A stretch of DNA of 64,000 bases, taken from contig NW_024704745.1 of NCBI RefSeq assembly GCF_018977255.1, positions 13,392,001 through 13,456,000 of the forward strand, read 5' to 3'. A program made the translations under genes and the position numbers. This document shows, piece by piece, positions 36,930 through 49,957 of the stretch (the stretch's first letter is position 1; each line of letters begins with the position of its first letter). Origin of the DNA: Callorhinchus milii. Lineage: Eukaryota. The notes beneath the pieces were generated by a model that did no database searches, was not told where the DNA came from, and saw only the letters and a list, made by a program, of their open reading frames with translations.

Positions 36930-37570
36930 TGATTTCACAAGACATAATATACTAACATATGGGTAAGCAGGTCGGAGAGATAGGAAGGGCATGAAGGGAT
37001 TTGAAAACGAATGTGAGGAACTTGAAATCGATCCGTTTGGCGATAGGGAGCATGTGGACCCTGGCTAGAACTGGTGTGATGGGGGTACAGAGATTAGTGC
37101 GGGTGAATATGCATGCGCAGAGTTTTGGATCAGCTGGATCCTGTGTATTGTGGAGCTGGAGAGACTGGAGAAGAGGGCATTTGGAAAGTCAAGGCCAACG
37201 CATGGACGAGTGTTCCAGAGCTTTGGCAAGGAAGGGCAGATTGGTACTGGGACGGTAACTTGTGAGGTTGGCGGAGTCAAGAGTGCTTTTTTTTGAGGGG
37301 TGATAACAACAGGGGGAGAGGAACAGAACTTGAAGAGAGCGACTGGTTGACTGTGTCGGCCAACAGCAGGGAGAGGCGAGGGGCTCGAGGTAGCAGGTGG
37401 TGGGCTTCATCTAAGAGATGGTGGTTAAGAGAGAGTGGGGAGTAATCGGGGCAAAGGCGTGTAGGGAGGGGTGTGGTAGGAGGAGAAGGTGGGGTAGACG
37501 AACTGGGGTTGTGGTAGGGGAGGAGGATGCAGCCAAGTGGATATTTTCAATCTCTTGACACAAGGTCTAG
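36930..37570 (-). mobile_element. Old L2 ORF2 relic lacking the RT core
   Basis: Minus translations KPTTCYLEP, KKSTLDSANLTSYRPSTNLPFLAKALE, then directly LVHA / LDFPNALF...IQLIQNSA. Confidence 0.82.
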
Positions 37571-37699
37571 GACCTCGTCACACTTAGTGTTTGAAGTGAG
37601 GATGGAGGCAGCTTGAGGAGGGTGGGGGGTGGGGGGCTGCGCAGAAGAGATAATAGATGGTGGAAAACAGTGCCTTTGGGTTGTTTTTGGTCTCCATGT

Positions 37700-37870
37700 G
37701 TCTGTCTGTTCATATTGGACATTAAAGATCCCTTGACGCTGTTTGGAAAGAAGGGAGTTTTTCCTGGTGTGCTGGCCAACAAATTTCCCAGATAAGATTA
37801 GTCATTCACTTCATGGCTGTTTGTGAGATGTCTGAATGAAGTGATATCAATTCAAATGCTATGATTATTA
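37700..37870 (+). mobile_element. Family B SINE fragment
   Basis: ggacattaaagatcccttgacgctgtttggaaagaagggagttttcctggtgtgctggccaaca. Confidence 0.75.
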
Positions 37871-38427
37871 TATTATAATTATAATTATTTTATATAATAT
37901 TATATTATTATAATTGCCTGATAATTCATGCATCAAACGTGTTAAGAAACAATCCTATTTTCACCCCACTCTGCGTGGAAAAAGCTTGGCATTAATATTT
38001 TCATGATGGATCGGAAATATTTTGTGGAAACCGAGATGACATTATTTAAAGAAATTCATGTTGAGACGGTGACTGTAATTGGTTAGTGACCTTTCAGCCC
38101 ACCCACTATCAAAATAGGTTGAGGTTTTCTGCTGCCCTATAATTAAAGCACTAGTTCCACACGGTGAGTAAAATTCTAATTCTAACCTTCCAAAAATACT
38201 CAACAAGCACATCAGCTTCTTCTTGACTGTGCTCTGCTGTGATACTGGCAAGCTGCTGGTCACCCAGTGATTGACACGTCTGTTTAGCAAAGCCAGTAGA
38301 TATAGCCAGTAGTGCTAGAGAATTTTTCAGAGCAAACAAATGCTTCTTAATTGAAATTGCTCCTTTTTGTAATTTTTTTTTTTGCCTTACTCGAAATTTG
38401 TCTAAAGAGAAATGGTAATTGATTTAG

Positions 38428-38860
38428 GTGTCGGTCCTGCTCAATGGATAGCACTCCCACTTCTGACCCAGACATTATTGTGGGTTCAAGAACCGTGTCA
38501 GATCTTTGAACCAATATTCCAGTACAACTTGCTGTGCAAGTGCTGCAGGGTCAGAGGTGCCGTCCTTCAGATGAGACGTTAAATCAAGATCACGTCTGAC
38601 TGTTCAGGTGGCCGTTAAATGTCCCATGCTACGACTCAAAAAGAAAAAGGAGATTCTCCCAGCATCCTGGCCAACAATACCCCCGATAAAATTGGGCAAT
38701 CACTTCATGGCTGATCTATGGGACATCGCCTTGTGCAAACTGGCTGTCACGCTCCCCTACAAAACACACAGTCACTACAGTTTCCGGTATACCCTGTGAA
38801 GTGCTTTGAGACGTCCTCACGACGTGAAAGGCTCTATATCAGATGCAAGGATTATTATTT
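38428..38860 (+). mobile_element. Family B SINE, near full length
   Basis: tRNA-like head; gaggtgccgtccttcagatgagacgttaaa body; tail gagacgtcctcacgacgtgaaaggc...aggattatt. Confidence 0.87.
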
Positions 38861-39384
38861 TACGATTGATTCAGTTGCTCGTGTGCATTGCAGCAATCCG
38901 GCTTGCACCTGGATTGTGTCACCACCAGAGGGCCTGACTCCTAGTTGTCCAGAATTGTGAAGGTGACTGACTGATTGAAGTGCAATATTGCACGCCTGCA
39001 GAAGTCTCTGGAGGGGACGATGATAAATTTCCTTCACAGGGCTTCCACTTGGCTTGGCCTGGATTGGATTCACACTGCTTATTCGTAACAAAAACTCAAA
39101 GAAGGTTCCGACTCGACCAGGCAGTTTTAGCACTGATTTGCGACTGAGGCACTGAGAAAAACATCGCCGAGAAAAGCCAGTAAAAGCCAGGGCCGTAATT
39201 ACAGTTAGCCAGAAATCCCAACTTGCTGGGCAATACCTCCCTCCCCTCCATTAGGCTAGCTAGCCCAGGTTTAAATGTCCAGCGCACTGGAATGTCCTCC
39301 CGATGTGAAAGGCGCTGTACAAATGTCATTTATTGTTGTTACTGTTATTCCAAAAACAACACAATAATTTGATGTGTCGAGGTA

Positions 39385-39506
39385 TTTAGGAAGAGACTTG
39401 ATGCAAGCTTGAGGGAGAAGGGAATAGAGGCCCGTGTGTCGTATAAACACCAGCACAGACGAGATGGACGAATGGCCTGTTTCCTTGTCGTATCGTTCTA
39501 TCGTAA
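39385..39506 (+). mobile_element. CR1 3' end
   Basis: ataaacaccagcacagacgagatggacgaatggcctgtttccttgtcgtatcgttctat. Confidence 0.75.
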
Positions 39507-40056
39507 CCACTTATCAGGAAGGAGTATAGAAAAAATATAGAAAAAAATGCAGGTTGAGTCTGATCAGAATCCATTGGACCTTTGTTTACAGAGTTCTCTG
39601 ATGACTTACCAAAAATAGCTGCACTCCAGTCCACTTGAGTCATAAATTATTAGTATGTGCTTAAATCTGAAGGGAAAACACATTGATATAATATCAATGC
39701 CCAGTTCTGTGTAGCTCTTACCTTCCAAATAGCTAGGTTTCACTGAAATGGATGTTTTTGACTTGCAGCTCAAACCTGTCAATCAAACTAATAACCATTT
39801 CAGGAGGTGCAAGGCTTTTTATTGTGTTGGGATTTATATTGCCTCAGTTTTTTGTCATGACGGAAAAATCCGCCTTCAAATATCTCACTCCCTGTGTGGA
39901 TGCAGCATTTTACTTTTATTTTTTTCCCAATTTATTACAAGAAAATGGATAGTTTCTTCAAAGAAATTTGAAAGTTAATTTCTTTCCCCTTCCCCTACAC
40001 CAGAAGCTCAAAGTATCCACAGCAATCAATTTGCCACTTGCCACAGCACAAGTAAG

Positions 40057-40488
40057 GTGTTTGCCTGGCTCAGTTGGTACCAATATTGCCTCTGAGTCAG
40101 AAGGTTGTGGGTTCAAGCCCCATGTTGGGACTTTAAACTCACAGTCTAAGCTGATACTCCGATGCAGTGTTGTGACATGTTGCCTTGTTGGAGGAGACAT
40201 TAAACTGAGGTCCCATCTGCATATTGGGGTGGACTTTAAAGATCATCAAAGTCACGACTCAAAAAGAAAAGGGAGTTTTTCCCAGTGTCCTGGCCAACAG
40301 TCCACTCCAAATAAAATTGGTCATTCATTTCAAAACCGCTTGTAAGACAAGGCTATGGTTGCAAAATGGCTGAGCGTTCACCAAGAAATATACCATCACT
40401 ACACCTCACAATATATCCTGTGAAGCGCTTTGAGACGTCCCTTGATGTGAAAGACACTTTATCCCAAGGATGGTTATTATTATCATTA
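40057..40488 (+). mobile_element. Family B SINE, near full length
   Basis: cctggctcagttggtacc...gcctctgagtcagaaggttgtgggttcaagcccca...aagggagtttttcccagtgtcctggccaaca, then tail. Confidence 0.87.
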
Positions 40489-41107
40489 TATTGATGTGCA
40501 TTTTACTGTGTAGTTTTCACTGCACATCAATGTATTAATTTAAAAAAACTACAGCATAAATGCCGCGAGATAATTATTACAATAATTATATGCCATAAAG
40601 CATTTCCGCATACTGTTGAATAGCAGCCATTGGCATGCTGGGTTTCTATTGCAATTATAGAATGTGTCTTGAGCACATTACTTGGCATTGCCTTATCAAT
40701 CTTTGGAAAAGTGGGTATTCACTTTAAAACAAATAGGAAAATATTGGTTGTTTTTGAGAGCAACACAACAATACTTCACTCATCACCCCCAGGTCTGCAT
40801 AACCCGCCTGTGATTTGCCTCTAAGTGATGTTGTACAGTTATTCACTTGAGAACCCTTTTTTTACATCTCAAGCTGTGGAATTAACGTCTGAAGGATTAA
40901 ACTCTTGATGAGGTCATGCCACCTTCTCTAATAACATAACGGCTTCCTCATAACGTTATAAGAGGGGTTACAGCGTTCAGTGTGCAAGTGTTTGTACAGC
41001 ATTGAAAGTAAATGTTTTATGCCAAAGTAGCAGTGCTTTGCGAGCACAGATTCAAGCTCATGTAGGGCACTTTTAGAGTCTTGGAAGCATTTATTTACAT
41101 GGAGGGT

Positions 41108-41160
41108 AGTCAACAGCTGGAACAATTATAATAAGTCAACAGTTGGAACAATTATAATAA
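41108..41160. repeat. 26-bp tandem duplication with one mismatch
   Basis: agtcaacagctggaacaattataata followed by agtcaacagttggaacaattataata. Confidence 0.85.
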
Positions 41161-41167
41161 TAATAAC

Positions 41168-41780
41168 GCAGCCAAAACCCTAGTGCAAGCCTTTGTCACT
41201 TCCCGGCTGGATTATTCCAATGCCCTCCTCGCTGGTCTCCCCAGCTCCGCCATACACAAAATACAATTAATTGGAAACTCCGCCACCCACATACTCACTC
41301 GCACAAAATTCCATACCCCAATCAACACCAGTCCTTGCCAGACTCCACAGGCTCCCAATCACTGAACAGATCGATTTCAAGATACTCTCTCTCGTTTTCA
41401 CATCCCTTTATGCCCTCGCACCTCCCTACCTGTCCGACCTGCTTAACCCCCACTGCCTCCGCTCGACTAGCTCCGGCCTCTTGTACGTCCATCATCCCCT
41501 CCACTCCACCATCGGTGATCGTGCCTTCAGCCACTGCGCCCTGAAACTCTCGAACTCTCTCCCTCAATCCCTCCACTTGGCCCCTCCCTCCCCACTTTCA
41601 AATTCCACCTAAAGACCTTCCTTTTTGATCCTTACAGTCACCTCCCCCCTCCCTCTCCCCTGGTTTGGTGTCCTCCCCCCTCCCTCTCCCCTGGTTTGGT
41701 GTCAGACTCTGCCACTGTCAAGCACTCCGGGATGCTACCCCACGTGAAGGGCATTATATAAATGCAAGTTGTTGTTGTTG
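41168..41780 (+). mobile_element. L2-clade LINE 3' fragment (different subfamily) with a 31-bp duplication at 41641-41703
   Basis: QAFVTSRLDYSNALLAGLPSSAIHKIQLIGNSA...IDFKILSLVFTSLYALAPPYLSDLL; tail ccacgtgaagggcattatataaatgcaag(ttg)n. Confidence 0.92.
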
Positions 41781-42361
41781 TATAATATACATACCCTTCC
41801 ATTTAATACAGCATTTTTCATGGCTGGAGAACTTCTCAAAGAGCTTCACAGGATACACAGTAAGGTGTAGTGACTGCATTTTGTTGGCAAGTTGCCAGGG
41901 AGAGTGGTGAAGGCTGGTATACTGAATTCATTCAAGACGTACATTGTTGCTGCAATGGGAAGACAAGTCATAGCTGAGAGCAAATGCTCCAACCGTGTGA
42001 TCTCTTGCAAAGAGGGAATTTCTTTGCCATTTTGCTGTTTTTTTTCTTGTTTTTCATTCGTCCATTGCCACACACCAACTTTACTGAGGGAATAAGAGGA
42101 TGCATTGCTCCTAGGCATTTGCCTGCACAATTCTGAAGTAGTATCCAGAGGAACTTCAGAATGGCCTGGGGACTTTTCCTCTGGGAAACCACAGGTGCTC
42201 CCTATCACAAGGGAACTCAGCGCTGCGGGGGATCGCATTTACAGACACCTGCCCCTCCTGACAGACTTGCTCAATGGTACCACATAACCCAATTCACTGC
42301 ACCACTGCCACATTATTTAGCTTTTTTTTGCGTTAAATTCTCACCAGGATTTATAGAGCTA

Positions 42362-42465
42362 ATTATAATAATCCTTTCATTTGATATAGCGCCTTATCAC
42401 GTCGTTGAGACATCTCAAAGCACTTCACAGATTATATTGTGGAATGGATTGACCGTATTCTGTGA
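42362..42465 (-). mobile_element. Family A SINE tail fragment
   Basis: aataatcctttcatttgatatagcgccttatcacgtcgttgagacatctcaaag. Confidence 0.78.
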
Positions 42466-42669
42466 ACGAGATTGTGGTGTAATACAGAGCTCAGGTGCTT
42501 ACTGGCAAAAGCTCACATTTTTAAAAAAATCTGTTTGTACAATGACATGGAGATTGGACATGGAGAAGCCTAGAACTGATATTAGCTGAAGAATAAATTA
42601 AAGAGAGAAGTCCAAATGCACTATATTGGGGATGCTATTTATGAAATCAGGGGACTGAATATAATATTA

Positions 42670-42850
42670 TAATATAATAATCCTTGCATTTGATGTGGCG
42701 CACCCTTACCATGTCTTTGATACGTTTCAAAGTACTTCATAGAATAAACTGTGGGCAAAACACAGAGGCCAATTGTGCACAGCAGTGTCCCACAAACAGT
42801 GGATTGAAGTGACCAAATAATTTTTAAGTTTATTTTGAAGGAATTATTTT
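42670..42850 (-). mobile_element. Family A SINE fragment
   Basis: tccttgcatttgat...gccaattgtgcacagcagtgtcccacaaacagt. Confidence 0.8.
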
Positions 42851-44929
42851 GTATGAAGCCATGAATCCACTCCAAATGCAATGCTAACCTCAACAAACCC
42901 GGTAAAAGTAAAATGAACCACACAAAAAATTATCTTATTATCATTTTATAGCCGCAGACGATATAATTTTTCAGTTGACGAATTTAAAAGCTTGATATCA
43001 ACTGGATAAATTGCCCTCGATACACTTTACCAGTTCTGTCAATGCCGAGAGAGTGATTCTCTGGATTTCACTAAAATTCCCCAATCTCAGCAGACAATGG
43101 CTTCCTGCTGTGTTCTCCTTGTCTTCTCCAAGTTTACTGGTGATCAGTGCCTTTGTGCATATTGAAATCATCCCATTACACTGTCTAAGATTTTACTGCT
43201 ATGTTGCAGCAAAACTTGGCAAAGGTTTGAGGAAAGGAAAAAAAGAGACTCTTTGCAATTCAGTCTGAAAACAGATGGCTCACAGTGACACCGGTGATAG
43301 GTGGGTGGTCACACTTCCGAGGGAGCCCCTCGAATTACGTCACATTACCATTAGGTTCCTGTAACTGAGGATACACAAGACTCCTTGGCACCTAATGTTG
43401 CAATATTTTGATTTATAATTCATTAAAGAAATGAAAGTTAACTGGTTCGAACCTATTTAGTACTGTGCAATCGTTCCCGTTTATAGCACGCACATACCCT
43501 CTGGAGTTATCTGCTTCTTTGACTGACATTCTGTACACATGCTTGGAGTCTGCTTTAAGGCAAGGTTTAGCTGACATCATAAACAAGTTGCTGTAATCCA
43601 TCAACCTCATCCGAACTCCGAGATATGTCATGTCTTTGAAGGACACTCCAGTCCTTGTTACTCTTTACAATAAATATGACTGTAATTTGTAAGACAATAT
43701 TTTATTGAATCTTAGGCAGGTTCAGTTTGTTTTTGCCAGTACAGTTACGGCAATGGTGAACAGATGGCAGGATGTCATGACTGAATCAAGCCATGCACTG
43801 CACTGAATTGCAAGTCATACGTGGTCTTATTTCATTACAGAAGGCCAGCATATCCCTTGTACATTATAAACTAAATTGTGCAAGGATCCCTCCCATGTAT
43901 CTTAAAACATCCAACACAAAAAAAGGTTATGAATCGAGTAACTAAATTAGATCTATCAAATCTGTCTAAGATGATTGCAGCGGATAGGAATAGATTTTAT
44001 TTATTTCCAATCACTTACCATATATCAAGGAGTTACAGGAACTGGAGCACATTTTTACAGTAGGTTACCAATTACGTAAGAAATAATGTGATTATCCATT
44101 AGTTTAGTTACCTCAAAGGATAACAGTAGATTTGTAAGCATGAAATATTACTTTAACATTGATGCTGATGTTTTTATTATACTGGAGCGTGTTCTTCAAA
44201 GGTTAAATAAAGTCATAATAAAGTCAGAACTTTGTTATGGTCTTAGCCTGAAGACCAATGCCTTAAAAATTAATGTGCAGAATTTTTGTAAAGGCTTCAG
44301 TTTAGTTTTGATTTTGAAAGCTGGTTTTCCATTTTACCCAAAAGAACTGCAAAAAATACATCTTGAATAGCACATTATAAACAGAAGTCCTTGATATATA
44401 GAACTAAATTTAAAAAATCTGTTCCTATCCATTGTATCCATCCTCAGTGGTTTGTTCCATCCTCAACTCTCCTTTAAGCCTTTAATAATAATAATAATCA
44501 TCCTTGCATTTGATATAGTGCTTGATCATGCCTTTGATATAAGAAAACATCTCTTTCATCCAGGCTCTGACCAAGCTCACTTTCCTCCATCTCCCCAACA
44601 TTGCCCGACTCTGTCACTACCTTACCCTTTGTGTAGGCGAACCCCCTCAACAATAACTTTATCCCCTCCTGGCATCCAGTTTGGGCTTCCACTCCATCTT
44701 TGTAAAATGCTTTGAGATGTTTGCCGTATGTGAAAGGTGCTATATCTAATTGCAAATTTGCAAAAATTAAGACTCAATTTCCAAATTTTCCCAAATTTTC
44801 AATGATCCGACGAGAATAAAGGTCTGAAGGCTAAGACCTGATAGAATTTGGGGCCTCTGGTTGAGCAATGCTCACAATAATTTTCCCCTGTGCAAATGTT
44901 AGGTTAACTAAAGTATACAGTTTTCCTTG

Positions 44930-45165
44930 AAGGAAAGACTTCACTTAGAGGGTAGTGAGAACCTGAACTTCGTTGCCTGAAGCCGTGGTCGAATCAGAGA
45001 GTGTAAATGCGTTCAAGAGGACGCTTGACTTTCAAATGAGAGAAGAGGGGAATAGAACTGTATTGGAGGGGGTAAGTTATGGGCGGAGACTCATGCAGAG
45101 AATAAACACCAGCACAGACTAGTTGGGCCAAATGGCCTGTATCCTTGCCATACAATCTATCTAAT
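44930..45165 (+). mobile_element. CR1 3' end
   Basis: ttcacttagagggtagtgaga...ttcaagaggacgcttga...ataaacaccagcacagactagttgggccaaatggcctgtatcc. Confidence 0.8.
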
Positions 45166-45490
45166 TTTAAGTAACATTTCTAAGCTTTTTTAAAATACAT
45201 ATGAGATAGTTATATTTGTGAGATTCTTTAACATCTGTTATTCCCAGTAAATGTTAATAAGAAGAGCCTTTTTAGATTCTAAAAGGCATGCTTACACAAT
45301 GAGGAAGACTGACAGTTGTGATTACGGACAGGATGTTGAAAGAAAATGACAGGTTGAAAACAAACCCTGAAGGCCATCTTAAGGCACACAGCAAATGACT
45401 CTGTTAAAGAATCTAAACAACTGAAACTAGTTTCAAGGACTAAAGCTGTGTACCATAATGCACTCTGGTAATGAAATACATTTTGGCACT

Positions 45491-45549
45491 TGAGAGACAG
45501 AAAGATACAAACGGAGAGAGACAGAGAGGGAGAGAGATAGACAGAGAGA
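45491..45549. repeat. Imperfect (GA)n microsatellite
   Basis: gagagacagaaaga...gagagagacagagagggagagagatagacagagaga. Confidence 0.7.
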
Positions 45550-45759
45550 AATTAAAAAAAAATTTTGCAAGCCGCAAAGCTCTTTCCAGTAATCACTGTC
45601 AAATGCAGTGATTGTTTTGTTCGCAAATGCAGCAGCCATTTTGCGCACAGCAAAATACCAAGCACTACAAGGTTTTCCACAAACAGCCGCGAATGACAAA
45701 TTAATTCCAGGTTAGGGCATAAGAAAGCATAGTTGCAGAATTCAGAACATATGCTAGGA

Positions 45760-46015
45760 TGCACCAAGACCTGTAGAACAAGAGGACATAAGTTTAAAAT
45801 TGTAAAGGGCAATATCAAGGCAGATGCCAGGACGTTTTTCTTTACTCAGAGGATAAATCATGACTGGGACAGGTTCTTAAGAAGGGTGGTTGAGACCAGG
45901 ATACTGGACTTGTCTAAAGAGCAACTTCATGCTGTGATGGGAGGATGGGAAGGTGTTCTGGAAGGATGAGATCAGTTGGGTCAAAGGGACCTTCTTCATC
46001 TGAACCAATCTTGTG
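45760..46015 (+). mobile_element. CR1 ORF2 C-terminus and 3' end
   Basis: ORF track: RTRGHKFKIVKGNIKADARTFFFTQRINHDWDRFLRRVVE, the canonical CR1 TRGH...FFTQR motif. Confidence 0.88.
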
Positions 46016-47348
46016 AAAAGGCAGTTCAGCATATAAAGGCCCACTGTTGTCCAGAGTCTATACAAAACCTGCCTTAATACATTTTGATTGCATTCGGATC
46101 CTTAGAACTATAAAACAATGGAAATCTCACGCAGTAGGAGGCCATTCGATTCATTGTTTTATTCCACTCTGTCTTTTGTGATCAAACCATTCTAGTACTA
46201 AGTACTTGTTAAACCCAAATATCAATCAATATTGGCGCTATAATATTGCTCTATTTTCACCATTCAAACTTGACGTTTCCCCCCCCACAGACAAAAAAAT
46301 ACCTTATCCTCTTTGCTGCACCCCGACAGGAATTATTATTATTATGTCCTCTGGAGTATTTATTCAACTCGGTCTGTATCTCAGTCTCTCTAACTTCCAA
46401 TGCTGTGCTCAAGCAGAAAGGTATCCAGGGCTTCGTTCATGGGGTGACTTGTAACAAATTAGATTGAAAAGGCATAGACATGTACATAAAAAACATTGAA
46501 AGCATGAAAAGGTGAAAGGCATGGTTATGAATCAATGTGGGAGTATTGTAGCATCTTTGAGGAAGTGGAACTGTATGAAAAATAAAAAGTGTGTGATACA
46601 CTTGAGTCAGAGGCTGTGCCAAGGATGAGGAAAAGCTGGTGAAAAGAATGAAAAGTTGAAGAGTGAATATATCAGATTTCACAGCAAAATTGCCATGGTC
46701 AGGGACGAAAGCAGCGAGATGCAACACAGTGAAATGAAGGGGAGAAAGAAAATGTTGCTTTTGAATACTTAGGGAAAAGGAGCTGCTTGAAAGGGGAATC
46801 AATTTGAAATTAGTCCACCTTTAGTCATGTTTGTTATATGGTTAAATTCCCTCACCCTCTGTCTACCCCCACCACCCCCCACACCCAATTTTTATTCAGA
46901 TAATTTACTCGACTATTTGACACAAAGGTGTAGGCTATGTTGTACAACTGGAATAATGAGACAAAGGATCAGACAAAACGGCAAGTCCTCAGCAGTGATC
47001 CTTCAGCAAAGAAAAAACACAGCCAACAGATAGTCAAAGTGACATTGGTCCGCAGTAGAGAGGGCAGGAAGCTGTTCCTCAACTTGTAGGAGCTAAAGCT
47101 GATTTTTTTTCCCACTGTTATCTTTTTTCAGCATTGCGTTTTGATCAGTCAACGAAAAGCTGAACAGAGCTTGCAGCAGAGAGGGATGGCGATGTTAAAT
47201 TCCCCTACAACCAAAGTAGAGCATGCATTCCAGTGTTACCACACTTATGATATTAAGTGCTCCAAGACGTTATATCACGTGAAGGGCGCTATATGAATGC
47301 AAGTTGTTGTTCATATTCGCCAAAGCTCACTCACAAAAGAAAATAATA

Positions 47349-47697
47349 GGTGTCATCCTGGCTCTGTTGGCAGTACTGCCGTGTCTGAGTCAGAAGGTTG
47401 TGGTCATTAGGATTTTGAGCTCATATTCTAGGCTGATACTCCAGTGTAGTGCTGGAGGAAGCGCTGAATTTGCAGAGGTGTCATCCTTCGAATAAGACGC
47501 TAAATTGAGGTCCCGTCTCCCAGTTCAGTTGGATGTTAATGATCCCATGCACTATTCTAAAAGAGAAGGAAGCTTCTCCCAGTGTCTGGGCCAAATATTC
47601 CCCAGATAAAACCACGTTTGTGGCTGTTTGTAGGCGATTCCTGTACACAAATTAGTTGCTACATCTTTCAGATGTAAGGATTATTAGTATTATTATT
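47349..47697 (+). mobile_element. Family B SINE
   Basis: cctggctctgttggcagtactg...tctgagtcagaaggttgtgg...ctaggctgatactccagtgtagtgct...gatcccatgcactattc. Confidence 0.85.
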
Positions 47698-48189
47698 AAA
47701 TAGACAGGATTAAGAGTTAATTTCCTCACCCTGCAACCAAGCAGTATGCAGTATATTCTGTGAAGCGCTTTGAGTGGTCTCAAAGACGTTATAAGGCGCT
47801 ATATCAAATGCAAGTATTATTATTATTATAAGTTACATTTTAACCTCAAAGGGTTAACAACAACGAATGTGATGGGTATAAATAGAAAATATTTCTGGTT
47901 TTTAGTTTCTGGGTAAATCAAGAGGAGTTTATTTATTGGGGATAAGCTGATGACTGTAGAAATAAGGTATGAGTCAGAACACGGTTCTCTTCCTGCTTGG
48001 CTTAATCTTCTCAGCCCTGAAAAGTCTCTTCAGTTTTTGAGATTCATGAGTTTTTTTCATACAAATCTGCAGAAAAGGATAGAAAAAAGTAACATTAGAA
48101 ACATTATATAAGCTTCTAAAGTTGATCTCACTAATGCTTTGAATTAAGCAGCACCAGCACATATTTATCAAGACATCCTTCTTAATGAA

Positions 48190-48725
48190 GATCATCCAGA
48201 ACTCTGCAGCTCATGTTCTCTCCCGCACTGGGCTCCATGAGCCTGTCACCTCCATTGTCACCCCCACTCCACTGGCTCCTCATCCCTCAGAGGACTAAGT
48301 TCAAGATTGTCCTTGTCAGTTTCAAATCCCTCCATAGGCTATCTCATCCTACCTCTGTGACCTAAAATCCTACCAACCGGACCCCTCCCCCCCGCCTATC
48401 CCACCAGCAGTCGTCAAGCTTTCAGCCTATCTGCCTCCACTCTCTGGAACTCCATCCAGGAGTCATTTTGCTGCATCTCTTCTGTCACCTCCTTCAAGGT
48501 TTAAATCTCTCCTCTTTGATCATCCCACCGCGCACCCCTCCACCCCCACCCCCCCCCCCCCCCCCCCCCACTACCACCCCCATCACTTCTACTCTCACTT
48601 GGCCCCCATCCCTCCCGAATCCAATCCCCAGCTCGGGTGCAAATCTTGAATTATCCAGCACCTTGGGACAGACTCCCAATGTGAAAGGCGCTTTTTAAAT
48701 GTAATTTGTTGTTGTTGTTGTTGTT
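48190..48725 (+). mobile_element. L2 3' fragment, degenerate, with poly-C
   Basis: atcatccagaactctgcagctcatgttctc...ctccactggctcctcatccctcagagg...gtgaaaggcgc...(ttg)n. Confidence 0.88.
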
Positions 48726-49664
48726 AGAATGGCATTGGTATTCTTGAAATAACACGATAAAAGCTGCAATCAATGATGCTTTTTTCTGGTGTGGAAGTGC
48801 TACTGTAAAATTCAAAGTGTTAAGAGGTAGAATTCTCCACCGCATAATTAGTTTGACCTTTGTGTAGAAAACAAAAGGGCAATTCTGACAAAGCTCACTA
48901 TTTCGTCTAGAATTGAGGTGTCATCATGTTGTGACAGTATCCCCTCAGGTAAGAAACCAGTTCAGACAAACTCTCCAGTGGAAAGATTGTCCACAGGCTT
49001 TTTAAAAATAAATTGGATTGTCTCTCACTCCTCCTGAGCAACGGCTGCTTATATCAGGAGCATTGCCTGCTGGGGCTTGTACTCTTTCTGTATGGTTAAA
49101 GAAATATTTTTACTTTGTTATCGGCATGCATATATACATTTTATGGTGTAAATAACATGTACATTCATTGATATTTGGGCTCATGCTACTGTTTAATATT
49201 GTTTTTTTTAGTAAAAAAAAACAGAAGAATAACTGTACAGCACAACTTGTAACTTGGGATAACTTGTAGGACTGTCCTACCCACTAGGACTTTGGCTTGC
49301 AGATTTGAGCAAATTTCTACACCTCAAAGTCTGCCTTGAGTTACTCATGCTTTTGCCAGACATGTCGTCTCAAAGCTAGTTGAGCCCCAGGGAAATTCAG
49401 CTTACCTCTCCTCTCCCCCCCACCCCCACCTCGCTAAATATCCCAAATCATATTTCTTTTGAATATAGTTCTGAGTTCAATGACCTCTAAACAACGAAGG
49501 GCTGAATACATCCACTAGAATGTGAACCATGAATCTTTTGATTAGACGTTGGCTGAGCTAGGTACTATTGCTGGGTATCATTCTGCAAATAATGCATACA
49601 TTTACTTATTTGACAACATTAGGATTTCTTCTTCTCTTCTTTTCTTCTCTTCCAATACTATCAT

Positions 49665-49957
49665 ATACTAATTCTTGCATTTGATTTTACTCCTTATCAC
49701 ATCGTCGAGACGTCTCAAAGCAAGTCATAGGATATAATGCAAAGTGGTATGTCTGTGAGTATTTTGTGGAAGAATGTAGCAGCCAATTTGTACATGGCAA
49801 TGTTCTAGAAATGGCCATGAAGTAAATGACCAATTTTATTTGGGGGATTGTTGGCTGGGACACCAGGATAAAACCCCTTCTCTTTTTTGAATAGTGCCAT
49901 GGGATCTTTAACATCCACCTGAACAGGCAGACGGGAGCTCGGCTTTATATCTCATCT
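49665..49957 (-). mobile_element. Family B SINE 3' two-thirds
   Basis: gaatagtgccatgggatctttaacatccacctgaacaggcagacggg is the reverse of the Deu core. Confidence 0.85.

Noticed and set aside
37862-37915. Structured AT-only palindromic element
   Set aside because: Low-complexity expansion of a SINE (att)n tail.
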